Positions 24,728-35,307 of a stretch of 36,048 nt of DNA are shown one piece after another. The stretch's first letter is position 1, and each line of letters begins with the position of its first letter. The position numbers and the translations under genes were made by a program. Origin of the DNA: a bacterium (GTDB lineage Bacteria; SZUA-182; DTGQ01; JAFGSM01); assembly GCA_049472355.1 (NCBI GenBank), contig JBLIRP010000034.1:1-36048 (forward strand), in the 5' to 3' direction. The notes beneath the pieces are model-generated. The model ran no database searches, was not told the DNA's origin, and saw only the letters and a list, made by a program, of their open reading frames with translations.

Positions 24728-25626
24728 CGTCCCCGCTTCACCTCCAGTATGTTGTTGAGCCCATCGCCGAGCAGGTGAAACCCCAGGATGGTGAAGAGGA
24801 TGGCGAGGGCCGGTGCGGTGGAGGGCCAGAACTTTCCCTTCATGAAATAGTTTGCCCCCGACTGCACCATGTTCCCCCACGAGGGGATCGGCTCCTGCAC
24901 CCCGAACCCCAGGTAGCTGAGGCTGGTCTCGATGAGGATCACCTCCGCCATGCCGAGGGTGGCCTGGATGATCAGCAGCGACCGGCAGTTGTGCCACAGG
25001 ATGTGCTTGAGGATGATGATCCGGTTGGAGAGACCCAGGGCGGAGGCCGCCTCGATGAAGTTCTTCTGTTTGAGGAACCGGATCTTCTCCTTGATCAGCG
25101 AGGTGACCACCGGGATGTTCATGATCCCCACCACCAGCATGATGTAGTAGATGTTCGGCTTGAATGCGGCAACCACCAGCAGGATGAGGACCAGCCGGGG
25201 GAAGGAGTCAAGCAGGTTGGAGCCGTAAGTGATTCCCGTGTCAAACGGCCCTCCCCAGTATCCGGCGAGCACCCCCAGGAGGGTTCCCGCCAGCAGGGCT
25301 ATGGCAATGGCTGCCAGGCCGGGCAGGAAATAGGCCTGGATCCCCAGGATGAGCCGGGCCAGGATATCCCTTCCCATGAAGTCCGTGCCCAGCAGGTGGC
25401 CGGCGGTCCCCGGGGGGGCCAGCAGGAGGCTGAAATCCATCTCCTGGGCGCCATGGGGAAGGAGGTTGCATGCACCCAGGACATAGGAGACCAGCACGAA
25501 GCACAGGATCACCAGGCCGTATCCCATGCAGACGAGGTCCTTCCGCTCCGCCTTTCTCCACCATGAGAGGTGCGGATGCTCCCCCCTTTCCAATGGCGCC
25601 TGGCGGTATCGTTTCATGATCCCCAT
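24724..25626 (-). CDS. ABC transporter permease (OppC/DppC-like)
   Basis: HLLGTDFMGRDILAR, FIEAASALG, ETSLSYLGFG..PSWGNM, GFHLLGDGL. Confidence 0.93.
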   Translation of the reverse strand: MGIMKRYRQAPLERGEHPHLSWWRKAERKDLVCMGYGLVILCFVLVSYVLGACNLLPHGAQEMDFSLLLAPPGTAGHLLGTDFMGRDILARLILGIQAYFLPGLAAIAIALLAGTLLGVLAGYWGGPFDTGITYGSNLLDSFPRLVLILLVVAAFKPNIYYIMLVVGIMNIPVVTSLIKEKIRFLKQKNFIEAASALGLSNRIIILKHILWHNCRSLLIIQATLGMAEVILIETSLSYLGFGVQEPIPSWGNMVQSGANYFMKGKFWPSTAPALAILFTILGFHLLGDGLNNILEVKRGR

Positions 25627-25630
25627 CCCG

Positions 25631-26590
25631 TTACTCCTTCGATGCCCGCGGGTTGACCGTGACGTACACCATTCTCTGGAGCATGCTGCCCATGCGCACG
25701 ATGAGCGCGGCCAGGATGGTGATCCCCATGATCAGGGGGTAGTCCCTGTCCTGGGCCGCCTGCCATGCCATCCTTCCCATGCCCGGCCAGTTGAACACCT
25801 GTTCCACCACCACGGCCCCACCCAGGATGAAGGGGATCTTGGAGGCAATGATCCCGGTGATGGGAATGAGAAAACCCTCCTTGAACGCATGCCGCCATAC
25901 GGATGCCCCCTTGGCCAGTGCCGTGCGGATATAGTCCTCGGTGAACACCCTCGCCATCTCCTCCCGCAGGGACCTGACGATCTCGCTCATGGTGCCGTTG
26001 CCAATGCCGAGGACGGCGACGGGAAGGAGAATATAGAGCCAGCTCAACCGCTGGGTACTGGAAAAACCGAAGGCAATGGGAAAGAGCCCGAAGGTGTGCA
26101 TGAAGAAGTAGATGACGATGTATCCCAGCCAGAAGACCGGCAGGGCCGAGAACACGTAGGCGACCATGGTGAATACCCAGTTGTGAAGGTTCATGCCCTG
26201 GCGTGCGGAAAAAAGGGCGATGGGCACGGCGATGAGCAGGGTGACCAGCATGGAGCCCACGGTGAGCAGAAGGGTGTTGATCCCCACCCGTATGACCTCC
26301 CGCAGCACCGGGAGGCCGGTGCGGATGGAGGTGCCGAAGTTCCCCCGCAGCATCCTTCCCAGCCAGGAGAGGTACTGGGCATACCAGGCGGTGGACACCC
26401 CCATGGCCTCCCGCACCCCGTTCACCGCCCGGGCCCCCATCTCCCCCTGGAGGAGGATGCTGAAGGGGTCCCCGGGCGAGAGGTAGATGATCACGAATAC
26501 GGTGAGGCTCACCCCAAGGAGCAGGAGCAGGGTGATGCCCAGCTCCTTGAGAAACAGACATGCCACCGGTTTAACTGCGGAAGCCTTCAT
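25631..26590 (-). CDS. ABC transporter permease (OppB/DppB-like)
   Basis: SPGDP, GNFGTS, DYIRTALAKG, VEQVFNWPGMG, RDYPLIMG. Confidence 0.93.
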   Translation of the reverse strand: MKASAVKPVACLFLKELGITLLLLLGVSLTVFVIIYLSPGDPFSILLQGEMGARAVNGVREAMGVSTAWYAQYLSWLGRMLRGNFGTSIRTGLPVLREVIRVGINTLLLTVGSMLVTLLIAVPIALFSARQGMNLHNWVFTMVAYVFSALPVFWLGYIVIYFFMHTFGLFPIAFGFSSTQRLSWLYILLPVAVLGIGNGTMSEIVRSLREEMARVFTEDYIRTALAKGASVWRHAFKEGFLIPITGIIASKIPFILGGAVVVEQVFNWPGMGRMAWQAAQDRDYPLIMGITILAALIVRMGSMLQRMVYVTVNPRASKE

Positions 26591-26608
26591 CGCTCATCTC
26601 GCCGTTTC

Positions 26609-28219
26609 CTATTTCTGTGCCATGTACCAGTCATCCGCAAAGGAGAAGAACTTGTACGGATGAATGGCCACATGCCGCAGTTTCTTGTTGTATGCCGCAT
26701 AGTTGGTCAAGGTCCACAAAAAGGTATACGGATTCTCGTCGGCGATGATCGCATGGAGCTTCCGGTTGATGGTCCGGCGTTTTTCGTGATCAAGGGTCAG
26801 CTTGCTCTCGACGATGAGGCTGTCCACCTCCGGATTGGAATAGCCGCCGAAGTTGTTCTTCCATGCGCCTATCTCGGCGGAGTGGAACAGGGAGGAGATG
26901 TCCGCCGAATCGTCGAACACCCACGAGGCAAAGATCACGTCAAAGTCGTTGTTGAGGAAGACATCCTCCTTCCAGGAGAGCCACTCCTTGAATTCCACGT
27001 TGATGTGCACGCCGATCTTCTCCAGGTAATTCTTGAAGGCGAGCACCACGCGCTTGACCGCCTCGCTCTCCTTTTCGATGGGCACCTTCAGGGTGAGGGA
27101 GAGCTCCTGGCCGTCCTTTTCCATGACCCCGGTGGTCCCCCGGGTGAACCCCGCCTCCTTCAGCAGTTCGATGGCCTTGTCCGGGTCGTAGGTGATGGGC
27201 TGCACATCCAGATTGTACGCCCAGCTTCCCGGTGCATAGGGACCGGATACAATGGTCCCCTGGCCGTTGAAGAAGGAATCGAGCATCTCCTGCCTGTTCA
27301 CCGCATAGGTGAAGGCCTTTCTCACCCGCTTGTCCGCAAGGAGCGGCTTGCGATGGTTGTAGCCGAAGAAGGAGTATGACAGCGCATTATACGGCTGCAG
27401 CACGAATCGCTTATCGCCCTGGATCTCGGGGATGTCCCTGGGATTGACCAGCACGATCATGTCGATGGCGTTGAACATCAGGGCCTGGCCCATGATGTTC
27501 TGGTCGGCGAAGGGCTTGGCCACGAACCGGTCGATATACGGCCTGCCCTTGAAGTAGTGCTCATTGGCAACCAGGACCAGCTCGTTGTCGGTGGTGATGT
27601 TCTGGAGCATGTACGGTCCTGTTCCGATGGGCCGGTGCACGAAGGGGTCCTCCCGGGTAAGGTACTCGGAGTTGCCCGGTCCGTGCTGGGGGATAATCTT
27701 GAAGCTGAACTTGGCGAGCGCGTTGAGTATGGGCCTCTTGAGCTCGAACTGCACCGTGTAATCGTCGATCTTTCTCGCCTCCCTGATGAATTCGTAGCGC
27801 ACCTTGAGGGAGGTGATTGTCTTGGGGTGCATCATGATGTTGTAGGTAAACAGCACATCGTCTGCGGTGAAGGGCTTCGCCTCTTCTTCTCCCCGGGGAT
27901 GCCAGGTGACATCCTTGCGCAGGTAGAAGGTATAGGTAAGGCCGTCCTCCCCGATGTCCCACTGCTCCGCCAGGTCGGGGACGATCTCCTGCCGCTCATC
28001 GATGGTCACCAGGCCGTTGAACAGCAACTCGGTTATCCTCAACGAGATCATGTCGTTGCCGGTGATGGGGTCCAGTATTGCAGGCCTGCCGTATTCACCA
28101 TAGTTGAGCAGGCCCCCACTCTGGCCTTCCCCCCCCTTTTCCATGGCCCCTGCGCGGGGCGCCGCCATAATGCCTATGACCAACAGCACAACCAACAGCA
28201 TGCACGATACGCGCTTCAT
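26609..28219 (-). CDS. ABC transporter substrate-binding protein, family 5
   Basis: Signal peptide from ATG 28219; LDP, PDLAEQW..TYTFYLRKDVTWH, PIGTGPY, DKRVRKAF, NFGGYSNPEVD. Confidence 0.93.
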   Translation of the reverse strand: MKRVSCMLLVVLLVIGIMAAPRAGAMEKGGEGQSGGLLNYGEYGRPAILDPITGNDMISLRITELLFNGLVTIDERQEIVPDLAEQWDIGEDGLTYTFYLRKDVTWHPRGEEEAKPFTADDVLFTYNIMMHPKTITSLKVRYEFIREARKIDDYTVQFELKRPILNALAKFSFKIIPQHGPGNSEYLTREDPFVHRPIGTGPYMLQNITTDNELVLVANEHYFKGRPYIDRFVAKPFADQNIMGQALMFNAIDMIVLVNPRDIPEIQGDKRFVLQPYNALSYSFFGYNHRKPLLADKRVRKAFTYAVNRQEMLDSFFNGQGTIVSGPYAPGSWAYNLDVQPITYDPDKAIELLKEAGFTRGTTGVMEKDGQELSLTLKVPIEKESEAVKRVVLAFKNYLEKIGVHINVEFKEWLSWKEDVFLNNDFDVIFASWVFDDSADISSLFHSAEIGAWKNNFGGYSNPEVDSLIVESKLTLDHEKRRTINRKLHAIIADENPYTFLWTLTNYAAYNKKLRHVAIHPYKFFSFADDWYMAQK

Positions 28220-28338
28220 GGTTTCCCCTCCCTTTGTGTGATATGAACCATTCCGGAGCAATTGCTCGGTATCCTTCCCCTTATCGCACAATGTATTGAA
28301 AAATTACATTGTGAAACTTTTTAACCCATGTCTTATCG

Positions 28339-29847
28339 TTAAAATATCTTGACATCCCCTGCGCTCCTCTCCTCCATTGAATACACCCCCTGCAGGGCGA
28401 CCTGGATCTGGCGCACCGCCGGGAAGTGGGCGCTCATGGCGAAGTAGATCTCCAGCGCCTCGGAGAACTGCCTGGTGCGGTAGTATGCCTCGGCAAGATT
28501 CACCAGCATCAGGGGGTCATTGTATTCGATCCTGTTTTTGTTCCCCTTGTCCCGGCCCGCCTCCATGAACAGGAGCGCCTTGTCGTGGTCCTTCCTCTCC
28601 AGGTAGTACTTGCCGAGCGCGAAGTGAACGGCGGAAAGCCGCTTTCCCTCACCCTGCTCGGTCAGGGTGGTCGCCCTGGTAACCGCCTCCGGGCTCTCGA
28701 TATTCAACCTGCTGCACGTCAGGAGGATATCCGCAAGGATAAAGGGGTCCGCATGCTCCCTGGTCAGGCTGTTCAGGAGGGCGAGGGCGTCGGCCTTGCC
28801 TCCGTTCCGGTAACGATTGGCAGCCTGCCGTACCTGGGCCATGCATTTATACTGCTCGGACATGGAGGCGGATGAGATGAACACATCGGTCATGGCAATG
28901 GAGCGGTCGATATCGCCGGTCAGGGCGTACGCTTCGCCCAGGTAGTAGCGCGCCGCGTCCTGCACCTTCGGGTGGGTGAGGGCCTTTTCCAGGTATTCCA
29001 CACTCGCCTTTCCATAGAACTGGGAAAGGACCCTGAGCAGGGCGAGGTCGTAGAAGCGGATCACCTTGTGTGCGACAGGGGACTCCTCAAAGGAACACTG
29101 CATCATGTCCGCGCGCCTGAGCAGATCGATCCCCTTTAGGATCCGTCCCATGCTCCCGTACACCCCGATGGCATTGGCAAGGAGCCGCATGGACGGGACA
29201 CCGCCCGATGCCTCCACCATGGCAAGCGCCCTTTCAACCATTGCGGCAGGGTCCTTCTGTACAAGCCCTGCTGCGCAGTATGCAGCGGCAACCTCGGAGA
29301 GCGCCACCGGATCACCCTTATCAACGGCGGCCCAGAGCTTCAGCGCATCCTGCCGTTTTCCCTGCTCATACAGGGCGGCACCGAGACCCACCCGGGCAAT
29401 GGCCATGTAGGTCGCGCTTACCCCCTTGCATGCGAGGAACCGAGTGAAACAGGCAGCGGCCTTTTCCGGGGTCCCTGCCTCCAGGAGTGTCTCGCCCAAA
29501 AAGAGGTCCACGAACCTGCTCCTGCCCTCCCCCTTTTGCGCGGACAGCCTGGTGAGATAGTCGAGGTGCACGGAAACGGATGCACGAGACAGTTCCCGAT
29601 ACAGCTCGGCATTCTTGAGGCATGCCATCCCCGTGGTGAGATAGAGCCGCCCCTGGTCACCCGCCTTGGCCTCGGACAGAAGCGTCACCAGCATATCTGC
29701 GGCCTCTTCGTACCGGTGCCGCGCGTACAGATCCATGCCGCGCTTGAGGGGGTCCTCAGCCGAATGCAGGGGTGTACAGAGAAAGGACATCACCAGAACG
29801 CTTGCACACACCCATTTCATACAGTTTTTTTTCACCATGGCAGTCAT
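28339..29847 (-). CDS. Secreted tetratricopeptide repeat protein
   Basis: Signal peptide; several TPR-like helical pairs (YYLGEAYA, HFALGKYY, VNLAEAYY); ATGA overlap with the upstream gene. Confidence 0.8.
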   Translation of the reverse strand: MTAMVKKNCMKWVCASVLVMSFLCTPLHSAEDPLKRGMDLYARHRYEEAADMLVTLLSEAKAGDQGRLYLTTGMACLKNAELYRELSRASVSVHLDYLTRLSAQKGEGRSRFVDLFLGETLLEAGTPEKAAACFTRFLACKGVSATYMAIARVGLGAALYEQGKRQDALKLWAAVDKGDPVALSEVAAAYCAAGLVQKDPAAMVERALAMVEASGGVPSMRLLANAIGVYGSMGRILKGIDLLRRADMMQCSFEESPVAHKVIRFYDLALLRVLSQFYGKASVEYLEKALTHPKVQDAARYYLGEAYALTGDIDRSIAMTDVFISSASMSEQYKCMAQVRQAANRYRNGGKADALALLNSLTREHADPFILADILLTCSRLNIESPEAVTRATTLTEQGEGKRLSAVHFALGKYYLERKDHDKALLFMEAGRDKGNKNRIEYNDPLMLVNLAEAYYRTRQFSEALEIYFAMSAHFPAVRQIQVALQGVYSMEERSAGDVKIF

Positions 29848-31379
29848 TCCTTTAACCGTGCGATGTACACATGATCCCACTGCTCCACCTGTGCCCGGAA
29901 GGCGACGGCCCCTTCAGCCGAGCAGGTGACATCGTGGTTCATCCTGGTATCTGTTGAAAGGAGGATGGAGGTCCCCTTCTCGATATCCGTCACATAGAGA
30001 GGATTGTATGCCTTCCGGTCGTTCTTCACGTAGATGATTCGCGTGCTGTCCGGCATCCATGCGGGTCCCCGCTCGATGTCCGGGACCACGTCCCATGCCG
30101 CCACCTTCGCGACAAGCCCCTCACCCTCCGCAGGGTCCGATCCATCGGCGGCAATAACGATGATGCACCAGATCCGTGGATCATTTCCCGGATTGTAATT
30201 GGAATAAAAGGCGATTCGTTTGCCGTCCGGAGACCATGTAGGTCGCAGGTCGTCATACGTCCAGGTGGTGAGGGGTTTCAGCGTCTCCCTGGGTCTTGAC
30301 ACATCGCCGATCAGATAGATATCGTGATTCTCGTTGCTGCCGTAAAGCATGACGAGACTCCTCCCGTCCGGTGACCACTGGGGATAGAGATACTCCTTTG
30401 CACCCTGGGTGAGCCGGGTGGTATACCGGTTTTCAATATCCATGAGGTAGACGTCCGCCTTGCCCGATCGGCCGGAGACAAATGCAAGGTGCCCGCCGCC
30501 CGGAGACCACTGGGCGTGCCCATCCTTGCCCCCGTGCTCGGTCAGCCTTGTGGTGGCGGCGCTTCCCAGGTCGCACAGGTACAGATCGTAGTTGCCGCCC
30601 CCGCCGTTGCTCATGAACACGAAGCGGTCCCCGCCCGGAGACCAGCTTATACCCGAATTGTAGCTTACCTCTTCGAACACACCCGGGAAGAAAAAGTCCA
30701 TTTCATCCCCTGAATCCTTTGACTGAAAGTATATCGTCTGCACCGGGGAGCCGTCCGGCCGGAGGATGACGATCTCCTTGCGCTCGCCGATGCTCCGTTC
30801 GTAGGCGATCATTGCGCCGTTCGGCGACCACACGGGGTTGGAATCGTTGTGCCCGCGCTCGATGCTGGTGAGGGAGCGCACATACAGCGGCTTGAGCACC
30901 TGCTCGAGTGCATGCATCTCTCCGACAGAAAGAGACTCGCCCAGGACGTTCCCCTCCCTTTCCAGGGATGCGCTGTGGGTCTCCGGCTCCTGCCCGATCT
31001 CGGCACCCTTCCCGTCAATCACCCCCTCCGTTGCACCGCTGGTTTCCCCACCCTTTACCTCGGGATTTCCGAACACCCTGCGTCGCTCGGAGCGGCGGGA
31101 ACCGTTTGAATGATGCACGGAATCGTACTCAGGCACGGCCCCTTCCTCCGCATCATGGATGCCGCCGGGGCTTTCCGTCACGCGATGCCCCGGAACGCAG
31201 ATCGGCTCCCCTTCGGACATGCCCGTGTCGCTCCCCTCCGCATCCATCTCATCACCCTGCCGGAGCGATTGCAGCACCGTGTACTCGGGGAGAGGAAGGT
31301 ACGCCCGCCCCGTAAACGGGATGAATATGAGGAGCGCACCTGCGACGCACCACAGAAGCCATGTTCGTGCCCTGCTCAA
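29844..31379 (-). CDS. TolB-like PD40 beta-propeller protein with disordered N-terminal linker
   Basis: Repeated P.WSP.G motifs (PVWSPNG, WSPGG x2, PQWSPDG, PTWSPDG, PAWMPDS); probable TTG start after GAGGGAGG; signal-like N-terminus. Confidence 0.85.
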   Translation of the reverse strand: MSRARTWLLWCVAGALLIFIPFTGRAYLPLPEYTVLQSLRQGDEMDAEGSDTGMSEGEPICVPGHRVTESPGGIHDAEEGAVPEYDSVHHSNGSRRSERRRVFGNPEVKGGETSGATEGVIDGKGAEIGQEPETHSASLEREGNVLGESLSVGEMHALEQVLKPLYVRSLTSIERGHNDSNPVWSPNGAMIAYERSIGERKEIVILRPDGSPVQTIYFQSKDSGDEMDFFFPGVFEEVSYNSGISWSPGGDRFVFMSNGGGGNYDLYLCDLGSAATTRLTEHGGKDGHAQWSPGGGHLAFVSGRSGKADVYLMDIENRYTTRLTQGAKEYLYPQWSPDGRSLVMLYGSNENHDIYLIGDVSRPRETLKPLTTWTYDDLRPTWSPDGKRIAFYSNYNPGNDPRIWCIIVIAADGSDPAEGEGLVAKVAAWDVVPDIERGPAWMPDSTRIIYVKNDRKAYNPLYVTDIEKGTSILLSTDTRMNHDVTCSAEGAVAFRAQVEQWDHVYIARLKE

Positions 31380-31398
31380 GTGGGTAGTCCCTCCCTCT

Positions 31399-33981
31399 TT
31401 ATATGAGGTCCTGGATCTGCGACCAGTAGGTCTCGGCAGCTTCACGCATCTTCATGAAGGTGCTGTTCTCCTTCAAACTGTCGGGAAAGAAATCGAAGTA
31501 TTCCCTCCAGGCAAGGTCGGCGTTCTCGAGGATGGACGCCTTCTTGGTAACCAGATAGAGCTTGTTCAGGGAGATGGCAAGGTAGTAGTAGGTGTCGTGC
31601 AATGCCTCGTCATAGTAAGCAGCGGGGAAAAAGCGCGTATTCTGCTTGGCAACCTGGAGGTTTGTGATCGCCTTGGCAAAACACTGCGCAGCGGATTCCC
31701 TGTCGGCGGTGACCAGGGTGTCACCCTTTTCGTAGTATGCATGCCCAAGATTGGTGTGGGTCACCGCAAACTGCTTATAGATAAGCTGCTCGTTCTCAGG
31801 CAGGGAAAGCACTTTTTCGAACTCCCGGATGGCGGCATCGTAATCATCCCGCGCATCCATATAAAGCCTTCCCAGCCTGCATCGGATGACCGAGTAATCG
31901 GGGTGACCCTTTTCCGCATTGAGATAGGAGGCAATGGCGGCATCGATGTCTCCTTCCTCCTCTTCGCGCTCACCGATCCTGAGAAAATCCTTGAACAGCC
32001 GTATCCGGTTGTTCCCGGTGCGATCCACCACCTTCTCATTAAACTCCATGATTTCCTGCCAGTCCCGGAAATCACCCCCTGCGGAGAGAAGCACCCGGTG
32101 AAATCCGAAACCAACCCCCTTCCCCTCCAGGAGCGGGGTGGTGCCGAACTTTTCCTCATCCACGAACACCTGGGCGGAGGAGGGCTGGGATTCCACTTTG
32201 AACAACGCATTGTTCACCTGAAGGACGAATTCCTTGACCCCCTTTTCCTGATCCACCCGTATCTCATCGCTCACCCGCTGATACCCGTGCCGGTAGACTA
32301 CGATATCGTAGCTTTTTCCCAGGCGTATGGGGACGACCACCTTGCCGTCGCCGCCGGTGGTGCCCACCCATTTGTCCTCCAGGTAGACATTGACGCCCGG
32401 CAACGGGTTCACATCGGGCGCCAGTCCCCCTTTGGCCAGGATGATACAACTGTTTTTGGCGTCCCGCATCTCCTCGTCCCGGTAGAGAATGCGGACCACC
32501 TTGTCACCGATGTTGACCGATTCACCCTTGTTCAGGCTGTCGATCTCGACCCATGACCGCATGGAGTCCGTATTGTTCACGCGGAGGGTGCCGGCATCCC
32601 GGTATCCGGTGATTTTCCCGGACTTGTCCGTGGTGGGGCTCATGAGCGCAAACCGCATTCCGGTCCCGACCTTGTAGTCGTTTCTCCCCAGGTTGATCTC
32701 GTAATTCCCGTTTTTTTCAGCGGTAACGATCGTCCCCTCGAAGGGGAACTGATCCAGGATATTCCGGACGATCTGTTTTGCAGTGTTCTTGATGTCCCTA
32801 TCACCCCGGGCGACATTGATCTGGCTGAGAAGGAGCTTCCCGTTGGAGGTGTGGACCTTGGTTTCGATGGTCATATCCCCTGCCTGCATCGCCACGCTGC
32901 CCAGGATGATCATATCCACGGTTTCGATGAGGGGGGTGTCCTGCCATCCGTTGGTGATCATTTCCCCGGTATCCAACCTGGCCTGCTTCATCTTTTCCTT
33001 CAGCTCCGCCGTGGGGACCTCCTTGAAGCTGAAGTAGCTGAAGAGGTTGTTTCCCACCGCCTCCTCGATCCTCAGCAGGGACCCGGTGATGTCTTCCTCA
33101 GGGGTATTGCTGACATACCCGTAGATACCCACCCTGATCGGTTTGGGTTTGGCCTGGTAGAAAAACCGCTGGATGGTCTTCCTCCCTTCCAATGCAACGG
33201 ACGTCTTCCAGGTGGCGGGCATATACCCCTCGGCTGCAAGCTCGAGGGTCATCTTCTTTCCTGGTTCGCCGTTCCATACGTAGGGGAACGTCCCCTTGGC
33301 GTTGGTTTTCCCCACTATCTTCTTTCCTATGCGCACCGCGACATCGGGGATACCCTTCTCCATGCCGTATTCGTCGGTGAGGGCGGCGACGGTGAGTATC
33401 GCCTCCTTGTTAAGGGGAACCTCTAATCGCTGGCCCGGTTCAAACGCCACGGTTTTCCTCCACGTGGAATACCCCTTCTTGCTCACGTGCACGAGGAATC
33501 CCTTCTTCGGCATGGTCGAATAGGTATAGCGGACCTCGCCCTTCTCATTCGTTGCCCCGGCCTTTTTACGGCCGATGGTGACGGCGGCCCCGGCAAGGGG
33601 ATTCCCCTTTTCCGCCACCGCAAGGGTGATGTACTTGGTGGCAGTGAAATCCACCTGGAATGAATACCTGTCCACCCCCCCTTTGGGAGGGATCTTCATA
33701 ATGAAGGATTCCTTCCAGGGTTCGGTCTCGTATCCCGGCGCCTCCATGAGCGCGGAGACCTGCACCTCCCTCCCCGGCTTCCGTTTGATCAGCTTGACGA
33801 ACTGCCCGTTCTCGTCCGTCACCCCCTCCTCCATCTCGTCCACCAGGATTCTGGCATTCGCTGCGGGTTTGCCGTCGAGGGTGGCCTTTACCTCAAGTTC
33901 GAGCCCCTTCCTGCGCGCGCAGGAAAAGAGCATAAGCGATGCGAGAAGGACAACAAAAAGTTTTCCCTTGTGCATGGCCAT
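31399..33981 (-). CDS. Multidomain lipoprotein: beta-sandwich (carboxypeptidase-regulatory-like) repeats, CsgG/FlgT-like region, PEGA, TPR
   Basis: Lipobox LFSC; repeated G.T...G motifs; EGTIV..YEINLG (FlgT-C-like); VESQPSSAQVFVD..GTTPL (PEGA); C-terminal TPRs; AAGGAGG RBS before 33981. Confidence 0.8.
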   Translation of the reverse strand: MAMHKGKLFVVLLASLMLFSCARRKGLELEVKATLDGKPAANARILVDEMEEGVTDENGQFVKLIKRKPGREVQVSALMEAPGYETEPWKESFIMKIPPKGGVDRYSFQVDFTATKYITLAVAEKGNPLAGAAVTIGRKKAGATNEKGEVRYTYSTMPKKGFLVHVSKKGYSTWRKTVAFEPGQRLEVPLNKEAILTVAALTDEYGMEKGIPDVAVRIGKKIVGKTNAKGTFPYVWNGEPGKKMTLELAAEGYMPATWKTSVALEGRKTIQRFFYQAKPKPIRVGIYGYVSNTPEEDITGSLLRIEEAVGNNLFSYFSFKEVPTAELKEKMKQARLDTGEMITNGWQDTPLIETVDMIILGSVAMQAGDMTIETKVHTSNGKLLLSQINVARGDRDIKNTAKQIVRNILDQFPFEGTIVTAEKNGNYEINLGRNDYKVGTGMRFALMSPTTDKSGKITGYRDAGTLRVNNTDSMRSWVEIDSLNKGESVNIGDKVVRILYRDEEMRDAKNSCIILAKGGLAPDVNPLPGVNVYLEDKWVGTTGGDGKVVVPIRLGKSYDIVVYRHGYQRVSDEIRVDQEKGVKEFVLQVNNALFKVESQPSSAQVFVDEEKFGTTPLLEGKGVGFGFHRVLLSAGGDFRDWQEIMEFNEKVVDRTGNNRIRLFKDFLRIGEREEEEGDIDAAIASYLNAEKGHPDYSVIRCRLGRLYMDARDDYDAAIREFEKVLSLPENEQLIYKQFAVTHTNLGHAYYEKGDTLVTADRESAAQCFAKAITNLQVAKQNTRFFPAAYYDEALHDTYYYLAISLNKLYLVTKKASILENADLAWREYFDFFPDSLKENSTFMKMREAAETYWSQIQDLI

Positions 33982-34067
33982 GATGCGCCTCCTTCGGATC
34001 AATGGATCCCTGGGGGATACCCTGCCGGGATCACGTGTGGGTCATCGGTTGGTCAATGGATGCCCCC

Positions 34068-34523
34068 TTACATGAGGGGCGGCTGTATATTGACTTCCCC
34101 CGGATTGATTATCTTGTCTTCGTCCGAAAGCGATGATTTGATGGATGTGCGTTTCCCCTCCCGGATTCGTTTGAGGGTCAGATGCACCTCCTGGGCGGAG
34201 CAGGATCCCAGCTCCACGGTCCTTGTCTCCGTTGCATACCCGATCCTGTTCGCCTCCACCTTATAGATGCCTGGCTTCAAGGCACTCTTCGGGGATTCGA
34301 ATCGTCCCTGATCATCTACAACCGCCGAAAAGGATGCCTCTTCCAGCCGGGCGGTGGTGTTGATCATATTGACCACGGTGCCTTTGGGGCTTTCTCCGGC
34401 CACCGGTGTCAAACTGCTGTCCAGCAGTTGCACCGTTCCGTGAATTGCAGGTGAACACCCGATAAGGCAGGCAATAAGAAGGATGCCCGCTCCATACATC
34501 AAAACGCTCACTCTCCGTGCCAT
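34068..34523 (-). CDS. Small lipoprotein with carboxypeptidase-regulatory-like domain
   Basis: Lipobox LIGC; IHGTV..DDQGRF..LKPGIYKVEANRIGY; AGGAGG RBS. Confidence 0.8.
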   Translation of the reverse strand: MARRVSVLMYGAGILLIACLIGCSPAIHGTVQLLDSSLTPVAGESPKGTVVNMINTTARLEEASFSAVVDDQGRFESPKSALKPGIYKVEANRIGYATETRTVELGSCSAQEVHLTLKRIREGKRTSIKSSLSDEDKIINPGEVNIQPPLM

Positions 34524-34625
34524 AACGTTCCCTCCTGTCCCTTACATGGAACCTTGTTAAACAACCTCCTCACGCTTTTTCCTGTAATAGAGGTATAGAT
34601 ATATATGATGGTATGCTTACTAATC

Positions 34626-34652
34626 TATTCGGACATTTTCATGAAATCTTTT
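34626..34652 (-). promoter_or_regulatory. Possible sigma28-like promoter of the nine-gene operon
   Basis: AAAAGATT-N11-TCCGAATA against TAAAGTTT-N11-GCCGATAA; correct spacing but several mismatches. Confidence 0.3.
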
Positions 34653-35307
34653 GGGGGAAATGCAATTGATCATTATCGTATGGAAAAGGTAGGGTCATGG
34701 AGACGGAGATGAATAACGTGCTGAAGCGCAAGGGCCTCCTCGTCGCAACTCAAGGAACACGAAGCAGCCATCAGGGCGCAGAGAGGATAAATCCCTGGCA
34801 TTCAATGATTAACTTAATGAATAACGTAATGAAATGTCAAAAATTGAAATATTATCAACCTGGATCCGCCATCACTGAGTATAAACCGGCACATTGGATA
34901 AAATCAATTATGAGGAATATGCATTTAGCATCGAGTCTCAGGGGTACCCACATGAAAAGTTCGAGCGGGTCACCAATGCCAATAACCTGCAATCCGTATG
35001 AAATGCCCCGGTGCGTTAGGAGTTGATCATAACGCTCACTGGACAACAGACCAATTAGAGCAGACCCAGGTTCCGCTGCAACTGGTATATGACAAGGCTG
35101 CTTGCCACAATATTCACTCGACGCAGATATATACCAGGTGGTGCCAGTGGAGATGGAGTCTATTTTTTTGACAACGATCTAATTGACGATGTAAGCCTTA
35201 TAGGACATATTTTATCAAACCATGGATATATGCAGCAAAAAGAACCCTTCGAAAAACTATCGGGGTTAGATCACAACTGCTCACCAAATCGTGTGATAGG
35301 ACGTCCT

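Noticed and set aside
29844..31379. Calling this gene tolB
   Set aside because: No TolB N-terminal domain and no tolQRA/pal context; only the propeller repeats match.
34697..35307. Short ORFs between the operon and the IS
   Set aside because: No recognisable family, and ORFs conflict on both strands; possibly a remnant, but not supportable.
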